Source of the DNA: Chloroflexota bacterium
GTDB lineage: Bacteria > Chloroflexota > Dehalococcoidia > UBA2979
Direction: 5' to 3'
NCBI GenBank assembly: GCA_002716405.1
Contig: PBBA01000002.1
Coordinates: 21,028 to 85,027, forward strand
DNA: 64,000 nucleotides
In this document: one piece after another, positions 20,761-31,939 of the stretch
Numbering within the stretch: the stretch's first letter is position 1
How the letters are laid out: each line of letters begins with the position of its first letter
The notes under the pieces: model-generated
What the model saw: only the letters and a program-made list of their open reading frames with translations
Database searches by the model: none
What the model was told of the DNA's origin: nothing
Program-made: the position numbers and the translations under genes

Positions 20761-21905
20761 AATCAGTAGCGGTTATAGGCTCCACAGGATCTGTGGGAGA
20801 ACAAGCTTTAGATGTTATTAGTTCAATGCCGGAAAAATTTCATGCCATAGCTCTAGCTGCAGGATCCAATGAAAAGAGGTTAAACGAACAAATAAAACTG
20901 TTTCAACCCAAAGCTGTCTTTCTTGCCAGTGGATTATCTTCAACAACTAACATTACAAAAAAAATATATCAACCCCTAGAAGAAATAGTGGTTAGAGATG
21001 ATGTAGATATTGTGCTCGCAGCAAGCTCTGGCCTTGATGGGCTACCCTCTATTATTGCAGCTTTGCGAGCAGGGAAAAAGGTAGCATTAGCTAACAAAGA
21101 AGCATTAGTCGTAGGAGGACCTGCAGTCAGACAGGCGTTAGAATTCGGAAAACCTTATGGCGCAGAATTAAGGCCAGTAGATTCTGAGCATTCGGCTATC
21201 TGGCAATGTCTTTGGGGAGAGTCAATAGATCAAGTACAACAACTCATTCTAACTGCATCTGGGGGAGCTTTTAGAAACCTCAGTATCTCCGAATTAGATA
21301 ATGTAACCCCAAATGAAGCTTTAAAGCACCCTACGTGGCAGATGGGACCCAAAGTCACCATTGATAGTGCAACACTTTTTAACAAAGGTTTAGAAGCTTT
21401 AGAGGCACGTTGGTTGTTCGATATTCCATTAGAAAAGATCGATATACTGCAACATCGTGAAAGTGTCATACACAGTATGGTTGAGTTTATCGACGGATCT
21501 GTAAAGGCCCAACTTGGTGTTCCGGACATGCGTTTGCCTATTCAAATTGCACTTTCTTATCCTAGTCGACTTCCTATGCAACCTGCACCAAAACTTAATC
21601 TAGTAGAATATGAATCATTAAACTTTTCGAAGGTAAATTCGAAAAAATTTCCTGCATTAGAAATTGTGATCGAAGCAGGGAAACGTGAAGATACGACAGC
21701 TGCTGCTTTATCTGGTGCCGATGAAGTAGCTGTAGCGAATTTTCTGGATGAAAAGTGCCGTTTTACAGATATCGCAAAATTATTACATGAAGTAATTCAA
21801 ACTCATGAACCGCAAAAAAATCCTAATTTAGATGATTTATTAGCTGCAGAAAAATGGGGACGAGACTTCGTTGCTCAAATATTAAATCAAGGTGAAAGAG
21901 TTTAA
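20748..21905 (+). CDS. dxr: 1-deoxy-D-xylulose-5-phosphate reductoisomerase
   Basis: GSTGSVG, LANKE, PVDSEHSA, TASGG, HPTWQMGPKVTIDSA, NKGLE. Confidence 0.97.
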   Translation: MDELKSVAVIGSTGSVGEQALDVISSMPEKFHAIALAAGSNEKRLNEQIKLFQPKAVFLASGLSSTTNITKKIYQPLEEIVVRDDVDIVLAASSGLDGLPSIIAALRAGKKVALANKEALVVGGPAVRQALEFGKPYGAELRPVDSEHSAIWQCLWGESIDQVQQLILTASGGAFRNLSISELDNVTPNEALKHPTWQMGPKVTIDSATLFNKGLEALEARWLFDIPLEKIDILQHRESVIHSMVEFIDGSVKAQLGVPDMRLPIQIALSYPSRLPMQPAPKLNLVEYESLNFSKVNSKKFPALEIVIEAGKREDTTAAALSGADEVAVANFLDEKCRFTDIAKLLHEVIQTHEPQKNPNLDDLLAAEKWGRDFVAQILNQGERV

Positions 21906-21908
21906 ATA

Positions 21909-23075
21909 ATGAAAATACAAAACACTTTTACTACCCTAATTATTGCGCTAATTATTGTTGCAGCTTTAATTTTTGCACGAAGCGCTTTTAATTCTGCCAT
22001 TCTTTTTTTACTTATTATTGTTGCACTTGTAATGGCGCATGAAGCAGGACATTTTTTTTCGGCAAAACTCTTTGGCATTTATGTACATGAATTTGGATTA
22101 GGGTTTCCACCTAGAATAGCCTCAATAAAAAAAGGAGAAACGGAATACACGATCAATGCTATTCCACTTGGAGGATTTGTAAAGCTTGAAGGTGAAGAAA
22201 ACCCTGAACATCCTAGGTCTTTAGCAGCAAAACCAAAATGGCAACGCTTTATAGTACTTTTCTCAGGTATAGCAGTGAATTTTCTATTGCCAGTATTTTT
22301 GTTCGCATTAGCATTGACTTGGCCGCATGAAGTTCCTATAGGAAGAGCAGTAGTTACCTCTTTAATACCTGATGGGCCAGCGGCAATAGCAGGAATTAAA
22401 GTAAATGATCAAATTTTTTCAATCGATGGTCGTGATGCAAAAAATCTGCCTGAGGCAAGTCGACTTATACGGTTGAAAGTGGGCGAAACTGTCAATGTCA
22501 CTGTTCGAAGAGATGGTAACTTAATCAATATCCCTGTATATGCAAGATGGAGTCCCCCTGAAGGACAAGGTCCTACAGGAATAAGCATAGGATATTCTGT
22601 CGTTGCTCCTGACGGGAGACCTTTCACAGAAAAAGAGTCCCTACCACCTTGGAAATCAATTCCAATGGGCTTTCAGCAGACATGGGATACTCTTATTCTT
22701 GTTCGTAATGAAATTGCTTCATGGGGAGGACAATCAAGTACTCCTCAATTCGCCGGACCAGTTGGGATAGGGCAAACAGTTGGTGAAATAGTTGAAATTC
22801 AAGAAAGCCCTATCGAGGCAGTATCACCATTACTTGAAATTACCGCTTTACTATCAATAAATTTAGCAATAATTAATTTGTTGCCTTTACCCATGCTTGA
22901 TGGTGGACGTATATTTTTTCTATTACTCGAAGTTATACGTCGAGGTAAAAGGATCAATCCTGAAAAGGAAGCTATCGTCCATACGATTGGTTTTTTTGTC
23001 TTTATAGCACTAGCTTTAATTATCACTTTTTTTGATATAGCAAGAATTACATCGGGAGAGTCTTTGTTACGCTAA
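21909..23075 (+). CDS. rseP: RIP metalloprotease RseP (M50 with PDZ domain)
   Basis: HEAGH, PLGGFV, PDZ-like segment, NLLPLPMLDGG; canonical position after dxr. Confidence 0.93.
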   Translation: MKIQNTFTTLIIALIIVAALIFARSAFNSAILFLLIIVALVMAHEAGHFFSAKLFGIYVHEFGLGFPPRIASIKKGETEYTINAIPLGGFVKLEGEENPEHPRSLAAKPKWQRFIVLFSGIAVNFLLPVFLFALALTWPHEVPIGRAVVTSLIPDGPAAIAGIKVNDQIFSIDGRDAKNLPEASRLIRLKVGETVNVTVRRDGNLINIPVYARWSPPEGQGPTGISIGYSVVAPDGRPFTEKESLPPWKSIPMGFQQTWDTLILVRNEIASWGGQSSTPQFAGPVGIGQTVGEIVEIQESPIEAVSPLLEITALLSINLAIINLLPLPMLDGGRIFFLLLEVIRRGKRINPEKEAIVHTIGFFVFIALALIITFFDIARITSGESLLR

Positions 23076-23153
23076 TCATTTTTTATTATTACGTACTATA
23101 ATTTGATCAACTAGTAATACTAGTGATTCAAGCTCCATATATGAGGAGATTCG

Positions 23154-24308
23154 ATGAAACAAAGAAATCGCACACGCATAGTTCCTGTGGGGAATATTAA
23201 AATTGGAGGAGACTCCCCAATTGCCATTCAATCGATGTCTGCAACACGAACACAAGATATAGAAGCAACCATAAGACAATTAAATTTAATCCATGAAGCA
23301 GGAGCCGATTTAATCAGAATAGCAATTGATTCTAAAGCAGATGTAAAAGCTTTGTCTGTAATACGGGAACAAACACAAAATTTAAATATTAATCTCTCTG
23401 TAGATCTCCAAGAAAATTACCGCCTCATCTCTGATGTTGCACCTTTAGTTGACAAGGTTAGATACAACCCTGGACATCTACATCATCACGAAAAAGATAA
23501 AACAATTTCGCAAAAAGTTGAATTTATTGCCAGCATTGCATTCGAAAATAATATCGCCTTAAGGATAGGCGTAAATTGCGGCTCAGTTGATCCAATTCTT
23601 AAAGAAAAATTCGGTAAAGATGACGTGGGGGCAATGGTAGAAAGTGCTTTACAACATACCCAACTGTTAGACGACTTAGGTTTTTATAAATATGTGGTTT
23701 CCTTAAAAGACTCAGATTGGCGTAAAGTTATAGAAGGGAATAGACGTTTTGCTTCTATACGGCCTGAAATACCTTTACACCTTGGAGTGACTGAAGCAGG
23801 AATGCCACCAGAAGGAATTATTAAAACACGCGTGGCATTTGAACAGCTTATTTCTGAAGGAATTGGAGATACAGTTAGAGTTTCTCTTACATTACCTTTT
23901 GATAAAAAAGGAGAGGAAGTGACTGTAGCACGAGAAATTCTTAAGGATATAGAAAATGGAAGATATAGATCAGTACCTAATAGTCTTGACCAAGGTTTGA
24001 ATATCATTAGTTGTCCATCGTGCTCTAGAGTAGAGAATGAAAAGTTCATAGAGCTCGCTCAACAAGTAAAAGTAATGTCTGAATATGCAAAAAACTATGA
24101 CATTACAGTTGCAGTAATGGGATGTAGGGTTAATGGTCCTGGCGAGACTGATGATGCCGATATCGGAATGTGGTGTGGTCCTTTGGGAGTGAACCTGAAG
24201 CGAGGGGAAGAACTTATCGGACATTTTGGCTATGATACTGTTTTAGATAAGACAAAAAATTTACTTGATGAAATGATAAATGAGATTGAATCTGTTAAAC
24301 AAATTTAA
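23154..24308 (+). CDS. ispG: HMBPP synthase (GcpE)
   Basis: [55 protein letters not shown]. Confidence 0.95.
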   Translation: MKQRNRTRIVPVGNIKIGGDSPIAIQSMSATRTQDIEATIRQLNLIHEAGADLIRIAIDSKADVKALSVIREQTQNLNINLSVDLQENYRLISDVAPLVDKVRYNPGHLHHHEKDKTISQKVEFIASIAFENNIALRIGVNCGSVDPILKEKFGKDDVGAMVESALQHTQLLDDLGFYKYVVSLKDSDWRKVIEGNRRFASIRPEIPLHLGVTEAGMPPEGIIKTRVAFEQLISEGIGDTVRVSLTLPFDKKGEEVTVAREILKDIENGRYRSVPNSLDQGLNIISCPSCSRVENEKFIELAQQVKVMSEYAKNYDITVAVMGCRVNGPGETDDADIGMWCGPLGVNLKRGEELIGHFGYDTVLDKTKNLLDEMINEIESVKQI

Positions 24309-24353
24309 GCAACTTCGTTGCTCAACACTTAAGACACTCTTATCCTCAGCGCC

Positions 24354-26081
24354 ATGAGAATGTCTAATCAATTTGGCCGCACTCTCCGTCAAGCACCTGC
24401 TGATGCGGAAACAATCTCTCACCAATTATTGGTGAGAGCAGGGTTTATAGACCAATTAAGCGCGGGAATTTACTCTTATCTCCCATTAGGATTAAGAGTA
24501 AAGAAAAATATTGAAAGTATCATTCGCAAAGAAATGGATGCTGCAAACGGACTAGAGGTCCTTCTGCCCACCCTTCAACCTGCAGATATATGGGAAACAT
24601 CTGAACGCCTCTTTACTATGCAAGACGTTTTATTCAAACTTGAAGACAAACGTGGACGGACAATGGTTCTGGGCCCTACACACGAAGAGGTAATTACTAC
24701 TTTATTTTCTAAATTTGCAAATTCCTACCGTGATTTACCAAAAATTTTATATCAAATCCAGACAAAACTTCGTGATGAAACTAGGCCACGAGGTGGATTA
24801 GTTCGTGTTCGAGAATTCACTATGAAAGATGCTTACTCTTTTGATTTAGATGAGAAAGGGCTTGATATATCTTATACTTCAATGGTTGATGCCTATCACA
24901 AAATTTTCAGTGCCTGTGAGATCCCAATAATTTCAGTTGAAGCTGACTCAGGTGCAATAGGTGGAAAAGGCTCACAAGAATTCATATTTCTAACAGATAA
25001 TGGTGAAGATACTGTACTCATCTGTAATCAATGTAATTATGCGGCAAATCAAGAAAAAGCTGAGTTTATTCGTTCAGAGAAAATAAGTACACAACCACTA
25101 AATATTGAAAAAATAGAAACTCCTGAAACAACAACAATAGATCAACTAACGAACTTTCTAAAAATTCACAAAAATGACACGGCAAAAGCAGTACTATATA
25201 TGGCTATTCCACGGAACGAAGATAAGCCATTCCCAATTTTTGCAGTTATACGCGGTGATTTAGAAATAAATGAAGTAAAACTAATGAATCTTATTGACGC
25301 CAGAGAGTTAACACCTATGACTGATGAACACCTATCACAGTATGATGTCATCCCTGGATACGCATCTCCCATTGGAATATCATCAGAAATTAGAGTTATT
25401 GCTGATATTTCGATCACTGAAACAGAAAATTTAGTAGCCGGAGCAAATGAAGTAGGCTATCACTTTATAAATACAAATTATTCAAGAGATTGGACCGCAA
25501 CTGATATAGCAGATATAGCTACAGCAGATGAAGGGTATATATGTGCAAAATGTATAGGAGAAGAGAAAGGTAACTTAAGAAGTGCCCGTGGAATTGAAAT
25601 GGGACATGTATTCAGACTTGGGAAAACTTACACTTCATACTTTGACACTACTGTACTTGACCAATTTGGAAAACAGTCAACACCTATCATGGGGTGTTAT
25701 GGGATAGGAATTGATAGAATCCTTTCCGCAACTGTAGAAGAACATCATGACAAAAATGGCATCATTTGGCCGGAAAAATTATCTCCATACAATATCCACC
25801 TTACTGCCCTTAACTTTAATCAAGATAGTGCTGTAGCAGAGAAGGCAACTAATCTTTATAAAAGAATTCAAGCAGAAGGATTAAGTGTTTTATTTGACGA
25901 TCGAGAAGAAAACCCTGGTGTAAAATTTAAAGATGCTGATCTGATAGGAATACCAATACGTATTACAGTTTCTAGTCGTAATAATGCAGATAATGTAATC
26001 GAATTAAAGCTAAGGCATTCGGAAACATCCGAAAAAATAAGGGATGAAAATATTATTCAAGTTTTACAGCAATTCTTCTAG
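24354..26081 (+). CDS. proS: Proline--tRNA ligase (with editing insertion)
   Basis: LGPTHEE, RDETRPRGG..RVREF, DSGAIGG, GIEMGHVF, MGCYGIG, KFKDADLIG. Confidence 0.97.
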   Translation: MRMSNQFGRTLRQAPADAETISHQLLVRAGFIDQLSAGIYSYLPLGLRVKKNIESIIRKEMDAANGLEVLLPTLQPADIWETSERLFTMQDVLFKLEDKRGRTMVLGPTHEEVITTLFSKFANSYRDLPKILYQIQTKLRDETRPRGGLVRVREFTMKDAYSFDLDEKGLDISYTSMVDAYHKIFSACEIPIISVEADSGAIGGKGSQEFIFLTDNGEDTVLICNQCNYAANQEKAEFIRSEKISTQPLNIEKIETPETTTIDQLTNFLKIHKNDTAKAVLYMAIPRNEDKPFPIFAVIRGDLEINEVKLMNLIDARELTPMTDEHLSQYDVIPGYASPIGISSEIRVIADISITETENLVAGANEVGYHFINTNYSRDWTATDIADIATADEGYICAKCIGEEKGNLRSARGIEMGHVFRLGKTYTSYFDTTVLDQFGKQSTPIMGCYGIGIDRILSATVEEHHDKNGIIWPEKLSPYNIHLTALNFNQDSAVAEKATNLYKRIQAEGLSVLFDDREENPGVKFKDADLIGIPIRITVSSRNNADNVIELKLRHSETSEKIRDENIIQVLQQFF

Positions 26082-26101
26082 ATATTAATTATGCAAATCT
26101 G

Positions 26102-26131
26102 TTGAGGGTCATATAAACAAAGTGATACAAT
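26102..26131 (+). promoter_or_regulatory. Putative sigma70 promoter of the nusA operon
   Basis: TTGAGG (26102) and extended -10 TGaTACAAT (26123-26131), 18-bp spacing. Confidence 0.5.
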
Positions 26132-26152
26132 CTAGGTGCACACGAGTTTTTT

Positions 26153-26181
26153 AAAGCGTGGGCTTATACCCGCGTTTTTTT
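26153..26181 (+). terminator. rimP-leader-like attenuator hairpin upstream of nusA
   Basis: AAAGCGTGGG-CTTATA-CCCGCGTTTTTTT: GC-rich stem followed by a U-tract, 40 nt before the nusA start. Confidence 0.7.
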
Positions 26182-26221
26182 GTGCTTTTATGTAAATACT
26201 AAGTGAGTTTATTGATTATTT

Positions 26222-27847
26222 ATGAAAAATGAATTTGTTGCAGCAATTACACAGCTTTCTGCTGAGAAAAATTTAAATGCGGATACTGTATTTGTTGCTG
26301 TAGAAGCAGCATTAGCGTCTTCATTCCGTAAAGATGATCTTCAATATGCCAGTATTGAAACTAAAATCGATCGAATAACTGGTGATATCTCTGCATGGCA
26401 GACATGGTCAATATTAGATGATGATGAGATCGAAGATGATGAAATCGAGCTATCACCTGAACGTGCAAAAGAATTAGGGTTTGGAGAAATTGAAATTGGC
26501 AGTATTGTACGTAAGCCTATAGAAATTACTGGAGACACTGGACGCATTGCTGCACAAACTGCTAAACAAGTTGTCTTACAAAGGTTGCGTGACGCAGAAA
26601 GAGACTCTGTTTTTCAAGATTTTTCAGGTAAAGAGGGAGAGTTGATTTCTGGAACCGTTCTACGTGTTGAAAGAGGTCGACAGCAAGTAGTTCTAGACCT
26701 AGGGCAAACTGAAGCCGTTCTCCCTTATTCTGAACAGATACGTTCTGAACATTACAGGGTAGGACAAAGAATTAGGGTATATATCAAAGAAGTTTACCGC
26801 GCAACTAGAGGTCCACAAGTATTGGTCTCTCGTGCAACTCCAGATTTGTTAGGAAAATTATTAGAGTTAGAAGTGCCGGAAATCTCAAGGGGTTCAATAA
26901 AAATCATCAGTATTGCTCGTGATCCAGGATTTCGCAGTAAAGTAGCCGTGGCGTCCAAACAACAAGGTATCGATCCGATAGGTGCTATTGTTGGGGTACG
27001 TGGTGCGAGGATACAAAACATCGTCAATGAACTTAATGCTGAAAGGATTGATATCATTCGATGGGATCCGAACGAGCTTGCTTTTGCGTCCAACGCCCTT
27101 AGCCCAGCTGAAGTCGTTTCAATCAATATTGAAAGCCACTCTAATACTGCCTACATCGCAGTCCCAGATCGCCAGATAAGTTTAGCAATAGGTAAAGATG
27201 GCCAGAATGCTCGTCTTGCAGCAAAACTGACTGGGTTAAGACTAGATATTTGCGGAGAAGGATCAATGATCGAATCAGGAAAAAATTTATTTCCACCACC
27301 TGAACCTAATCTAGATGCTTTGTTTACTTCTGATCTTGACCGCAAAGATCAAGATGTTGCAATTTCTATTTCGGATGAAGTGATACCTTCGCAGTCGTCT
27401 TATGGAAGACCTGGACTACCAGGAGAACAACTAATTGCAAATGACACAATATCGTCAAACAATATCGATGATGATCAAGAGCATTTAGAAGTTCAATTAA
27501 CTCCTGAACAAGAAATTTTAGAGGAATTACTAGAAACTGAGACTGTTACATCAGATATCGCTCAAGAAGAAACAGTATCCGAAAATATTGCACCACCATC
27601 AGAACAAGAAGAACCTCGCGTACTTCGCTTTGCAGATGAAATCCGTGAAATAAGGCTACAGGAAGAAGATCGCGAGCGAAATCGTCGTGGAAAGAATCGT
27701 CGTCGAGGTGGATCAGATACCCGATCTAGCCGTAGACGCGGACGCCAGGATTATGATTTTGATGAAGATGAAATCGAAGCGGCACTTCATGGAAATACCT
27801 ATGAAGATGACACCTACGATGATTTTGACGATGAATACGATGACTAG
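26222..27847 (+). CDS. nusA: Transcription termination/antitermination factor NusA with long C-terminal extension
   Basis: [15 protein letters not shown]1 domain, [36 protein letters not shown]. Confidence 0.96.
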   Translation: MKNEFVAAITQLSAEKNLNADTVFVAVEAALASSFRKDDLQYASIETKIDRITGDISAWQTWSILDDDEIEDDEIELSPERAKELGFGEIEIGSIVRKPIEITGDTGRIAAQTAKQVVLQRLRDAERDSVFQDFSGKEGELISGTVLRVERGRQQVVLDLGQTEAVLPYSEQIRSEHYRVGQRIRVYIKEVYRATRGPQVLVSRATPDLLGKLLELEVPEISRGSIKIISIARDPGFRSKVAVASKQQGIDPIGAIVGVRGARIQNIVNELNAERIDIIRWDPNELAFASNALSPAEVVSINIESHSNTAYIAVPDRQISLAIGKDGQNARLAAKLTGLRLDICGEGSMIESGKNLFPPPEPNLDALFTSDLDRKDQDVAISISDEVIPSQSSYGRPGLPGEQLIANDTISSNNIDDDQEHLEVQLTPEQEILEELLETETVTSDIAQEETVSENIAPPSEQEEPRVLRFADEIREIRLQEEDRERNRRGKNRRRGGSDTRSSRRRGRQDYDFDEDEIEAALHGNTYEDDTYDDFDDEYDD

Positions 27848-27885
27848 AAATACAGTTGCCAAGTATTATGTAAAGGATCACCTCT

Positions 27886-29691
27886 ATGACTCAGGAGACC
27901 CCTACGGAGAACTCAACTGTTCGTATTCCAACAGCATTAGCAGTTGGTGAACTCGCAGAAATCCTTAATATTTCAGCCATAGATATCATCAAAGAGCTTA
28001 TGAAAAATGGTGTGATGGCCAATGTTAATCAAGTTATTGACTTCGACACGGCAGCAATAGTTGCAACCGATCTAGGTTTTGAATTAGAAGAAGAAACGGA
28101 TGAAATAAACTCTTCTGAATCTTCTTCAAAAGAGCAATTAACTGCTCAAAACACATCTTTACGCATACTCGAAAAAGAAAATACAAATTCACTTCCACGA
28201 CCTCCAGTAGTCACAGTCCTCGGGCATGTTGACCACGGAAAAACTACTTTATTAGATCGAATTCGACTTACCAATGTTGTAGATGCTGAAGCAGGGGGTA
28301 TAACTCAACATATTGGTGCATATCAAACTCAAACGAATGATGGTCGTACTATTACCTTCATAGATACTCCAGGACATGAAGCATTCACGGAAATGCGTGC
28401 GCGAGGTGCACAAATCACTGATGTCGCAATAATCGTGGTTGCAGCTGATGACGGATTAATGCCTCAAACCCGAGAAGCCATCGATCATGTTAAAGCAGCA
28501 GCAGTACCAATGGTTATAGCTATCAATAAAGTGGATGTTGAAAACGCTGATGTAGCTCGAACAAAAGCACAACTACCGGAAGTAGATTTGATCCCAGAGG
28601 AATTTGGCGGAGAGCAAGTTGTTGTTGAAATTTCTGCTTTAGACGGAACAGGCATCGAAGAATTACTGGAAAGTGTTTTGTTAGTGTCAGATTTAGAAGA
28701 GCCAAAAGCTAATCCAAATAAACCAGCTATTGGTGTCATATTGGAAGCATCAAACGATCGTCATAAAGGTCCTATAGCCACCGTTCTGGTACAAACTGGT
28801 ACTTTGCACCAAGGTGATGCAATTATTAGTGGTTTGTCCAGTGGCCGTATTCGGACAATGTCAGATTATTCTGGCAACAGGATAGAAAATGCAGGGCCGT
28901 CCACACCAATTGAAATAACAGGTCTTAACTCTGTACCTCCAGCAGGAGAACGCTTTGAAGTCAGAGACAGTGAAAAACTGGCTAAACGTGAAGCAATAGA
29001 TCGTCAGAGAGATTTTGAGGCAGGAAATACTGGCAGAGAAACCGTGACATTAGATTCTTTATTCGGAGAAATTCATCAAGGAAACATAGAAAATATGCAC
29101 ATTATACTAAAAGTAGATGTGCACGGTTCTCTAGAACCACTAGTCCAAACACTTGAGGATCTTAACGAAGAAAATATAGCCCCTCGAGTTATTCATGCAT
29201 CTGTCGGATCAGTAAATGAATCAGATGTCCAGCTTGCAGTTGCCTCACAAGGCATCATTATAGGATTCAATGTGCAAATTGAAAATGGAGCTCACTTATT
29301 AGCTGAACAAGAGAAAGTAGAGATACGAGAATATTCCATAATTTATGATATCGTTCAAGACATTACCCAAGCTGTTCAAGGTTTGCTAGATCCAATTTTT
29401 GAAGAAGAACAGGATGCTTCTGTGGAAGTTCGTCAGGTATTCCGCAAAGGAAGAAGAAATGCAATTGCAGGAAGTTATGTTAGAGATGGGAGTATCACAC
29501 GTTCAAGCAAAGCAAGAGTACTTCGTGATGGTAATGTTGTTTATGAAGGAGATATTCTAAGTTTAAAAAGATTCGAAGATGACGTTCGTGAAGTTAATAC
29601 CGGTCAAGAATGCGGCATCCAAGTAGATGGATTCAATGAATTCGAAGAAGGTGATGAAATTATCATTTATCACTTAAAGCAAATTCGATAG
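27886..29691 (+). CDS. infB: Translation initiation factor IF-2 (short N-terminus)
   Basis: [54 protein letters not shown]. Confidence 0.98.
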   Translation: MTQETPTENSTVRIPTALAVGELAEILNISAIDIIKELMKNGVMANVNQVIDFDTAAIVATDLGFELEEETDEINSSESSSKEQLTAQNTSLRILEKENTNSLPRPPVVTVLGHVDHGKTTLLDRIRLTNVVDAEAGGITQHIGAYQTQTNDGRTITFIDTPGHEAFTEMRARGAQITDVAIIVVAADDGLMPQTREAIDHVKAAAVPMVIAINKVDVENADVARTKAQLPEVDLIPEEFGGEQVVVEISALDGTGIEELLESVLLVSDLEEPKANPNKPAIGVILEASNDRHKGPIATVLVQTGTLHQGDAIISGLSSGRIRTMSDYSGNRIENAGPSTPIEITGLNSVPPAGERFEVRDSEKLAKREAIDRQRDFEAGNTGRETVTLDSLFGEIHQGNIENMHIILKVDVHGSLEPLVQTLEDLNEENIAPRVIHASVGSVNESDVQLAVASQGIIIGFNVQIENGAHLLAEQEKVEIREYSIIYDIVQDITQAVQGLLDPIFEEEQDASVEVRQVFRKGRRNAIAGSYVRDGSITRSSKARVLRDGNVVYEGDILSLKRFEDDVREVNTGQECGIQVDGFNEFEEGDEIIIYHLKQIR

Positions 29692-29701
29692 TAGATTTCA
29701 A

Positions 29702-30067
29702 ATGAGCAAACGAACGGAAAAAGTTGGAGACCTGATCCAAACAGTACTTGCTGAACAAATTGATCGAAAATTAAAACATCCAGATATCACAAGTATAATG
29801 ATTTCAATTACTCGTGTAGATGTTACTCCTGATTTTAGCCATGCGAAAATATATGTAAGTATATTAGGTGATGAATTAAGTAGCACCAAAGCCATTGATG
29901 CTCTTACACATAGTTCCACCTACCTACATAGGCAATTGATCCAAGAAATACATCTCCGCAAGATACCTAAATTGGAATTCATTGAAGATCGATCCATGGA
30001 AGAGTCAGAGAAATTCAATACTCTCCTTAAATCAATCGATGGGACATTTGATTTAAAAAAAGAATGA
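29702..30067 (+). CDS. rbfA: Ribosome-binding factor A
   Basis: ITRVDVTPDFSHAKIYVS, LRKIPKLEF; follows infB. Confidence 0.93.
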   Translation: MSKRTEKVGDLIQTVLAEQIDRKLKHPDITSIMISITRVDVTPDFSHAKIYVSILGDELSSTKAIDALTHSSTYLHRQLIQEIHLRKIPKLEFIEDRSMEESEKFNTLLKSIDGTFDLKKE

Positions 30068-30990
30068 TGAATTTACGTGGATTTATAAATATCGATAAAC
30101 CTAAAGATCTAACATCTTTTGATGTCGTTAGGGAAATTCGAAAAGCGACCAAAATAAAAAAAGTAGGGCATGCTGGTACTCTTGATCCTGATGCAACAGG
30201 AGTATTACCGATTGCAATTGGACAAGCTACTAGATTTCTTCCTTTTTTGGTCGATTCGACAAAAAAATATCGAGGTATAATTAGGTTTGGAATCAGCACT
30301 GATACATATGATTCTTCAGGAAGAATAACAGCCCAAGAAGATGCATCAAATTTGACAAGGAATTCTATAAATGAAAACTTAAAACATTTCATTGGCGATA
30401 TTCTTCAAAAACCACCTATCTACAGTGCAATTAAAAAAAATGGAGTCAGGGCATATACTATTGCCCGTCAAGGAAAGAGGGTCGATCTTGAACCTAGGAA
30501 AGTAAGGGTACTCGAATTAATACTTAAACGATTTGACTATTCTAATCCAAAACATCCTCTTGCAGAAATTGAAATAATTTGTGAAAAAGGATTTTATATA
30601 CGTTCATTAGCACATGATTTAGGTTTAAAATTAGGTACTTATGGACATTTAGAAGAGTTATCACGTACACAAGTAGGCCAGTTCAAATTGGAAAATTCGG
30701 TAGATTTATCTCAGGCAAAAAAACTTTTAGAAAATGGAGATACTGATCAAATAGTTAATAGTATTGACTCTATTTTAGAAGATTGGCCAGCGATTATAAT
30801 AGGACCTAATGATGTAGCGCGGATATATAACGGAGTAGATATACACATTAAGGACATACAAATGTCGTCACAACAATCTGATTACGATAATGCAAAATGT
30901 TATGGCCCCAATGGAGAATTAATTGCATTGGTTAAAAAAAATAAGACTAATGGTGCTTGGCACCCTTATAAAGTAATTCAACCTAACTAA
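30064..30990 (+). CDS. truB: tRNA pseudouridine(55) synthase
   Basis: KVGHAGTLDPDATGVL, PPIYSAIK, GFYIRSLAHD. Confidence 0.96.
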   Translation: MMNLRGFINIDKPKDLTSFDVVREIRKATKIKKVGHAGTLDPDATGVLPIAIGQATRFLPFLVDSTKKYRGIIRFGISTDTYDSSGRITAQEDASNLTRNSINENLKHFIGDILQKPPIYSAIKKNGVRAYTIARQGKRVDLEPRKVRVLELILKRFDYSNPKHPLAEIEIICEKGFYIRSLAHDLGLKLGTYGHLEELSRTQVGQFKLENSVDLSQAKKLLENGDTDQIVNSIDSILEDWPAIIIGPNDVARIYNGVDIHIKDIQMSSQQSDYDNAKCYGPNGELIALVKKNKTNGAWHPYKVIQPN

Positions 30991-31859
30991 CTTGCTTCAA
31001 GTGCTAAGCGATAGAAAGTTTCACTACGTGGATTTGGTACTGTATCAAATTTCCTTAACGCCAATAAAGGTCTCATAGCCACAGGGCTATTATCAAATCT
31101 CCTCAAAGCATGAAGTCCATTTTCGGCAATTCCTTCTGGTAAAACACTACATCCCATTCCGAGGTACACCAATTGCTTTAAGACTTCTGGACTATCACTT
31201 TCTAAAACTACCCTTGGAACTATTCCTCTATTCGCTAAACCTTGATCAATAAACGACCTTGTCTGTCGACCTTCTGGATAAAGAAACCAATCACTTTTAT
31301 CGACAGATTTTTGATCGTCTGGGGCATATAAAAAAAGAGGTTCTTGGCGTAATTCTGTAACATTAAAATCATCAACAATCGGACCGAAAACAAATGCCAA
31401 ATCAATATCTGATTGCCTTAATTTTTCGAGTAAGTTAGCACTATGATCGACTACTAATTTAAGATCAACTTCAGGATACAAATTACGAAAATCTCTAACA
31501 GCAGCAGGTATCAAATAAAGACTAGCAGCGTCGATCATACCTACACGTAGATTACCAACTGATCCTTTTTTAAAATCTTCAACCCATTGAAATATTTCTC
31601 CGGAAGAACTTAGAACATCTTGAGAAAAATCAAGAAAGCGTTCACCTATTGCAGTCAGTTCGAAACGACCACTTCTTTTCTTAAATAATGGTGCTTGAAT
31701 GCGTTTTTCAATTTCTGAGATGGCTTGTGATAATGCGGGCTGACTTATGCCGAGATGGCGACTGGCGATGGTCACACTCTCAGAGTGATACACTTCGTGA
31801 AAATACATTAATTGTAAAAAACTGATTTTCAGGAAGGAACTAGGTAAATCTTTTTTCAT
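30987..31859 (-). CDS. LysR-family transcriptional regulator
   Basis: SVTIASRHLGISQPALSQAISEIE HTH, LTAIGE, substrate-binding domain. Confidence 0.93.
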   Translation of the reverse strand: MKKDLPSSFLKISFLQLMYFHEVYHSESVTIASRHLGISQPALSQAISEIEKRIQAPLFKKRSGRFELTAIGERFLDFSQDVLSSSGEIFQWVEDFKKGSVGNLRVGMIDAASLYLIPAAVRDFRNLYPEVDLKLVVDHSANLLEKLRQSDIDLAFVFGPIVDDFNVTELRQEPLFLYAPDDQKSVDKSDWFLYPEGRQTRSFIDQGLANRGIVPRVVLESDSPEVLKQLVYLGMGCSVLPEGIAENGLHALRRFDNSPVAMRPLLALRKFDTVPNPRSETFYRLALEAS

Positions 31860-31862
31860 ATT

Positions 31863-31877
31863 ATAAGTTTTTCTTAT
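31863..31877. promoter_or_regulatory. LysR-type T-N11-A recognition site
   Basis: ATAAG-TTTTT-CTTAT palindrome beside the LysR start, in the divergent spacer to ino1. Confidence 0.6.
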
Positions 31878-31939
31878 TAGACTATATAATATAATTCATT
31901 ATACCAATATATGTAACAAAATATAAACGGAAGATTATT

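Noticed and set aside
27687-27950. 87-aa ORF bridging nusA and infB, in the position where ylxR would be
   Set aside because: Off-frame reading of the Asp-rich NusA tail; no YlxR motifs (RxCxxC, GRGAY)
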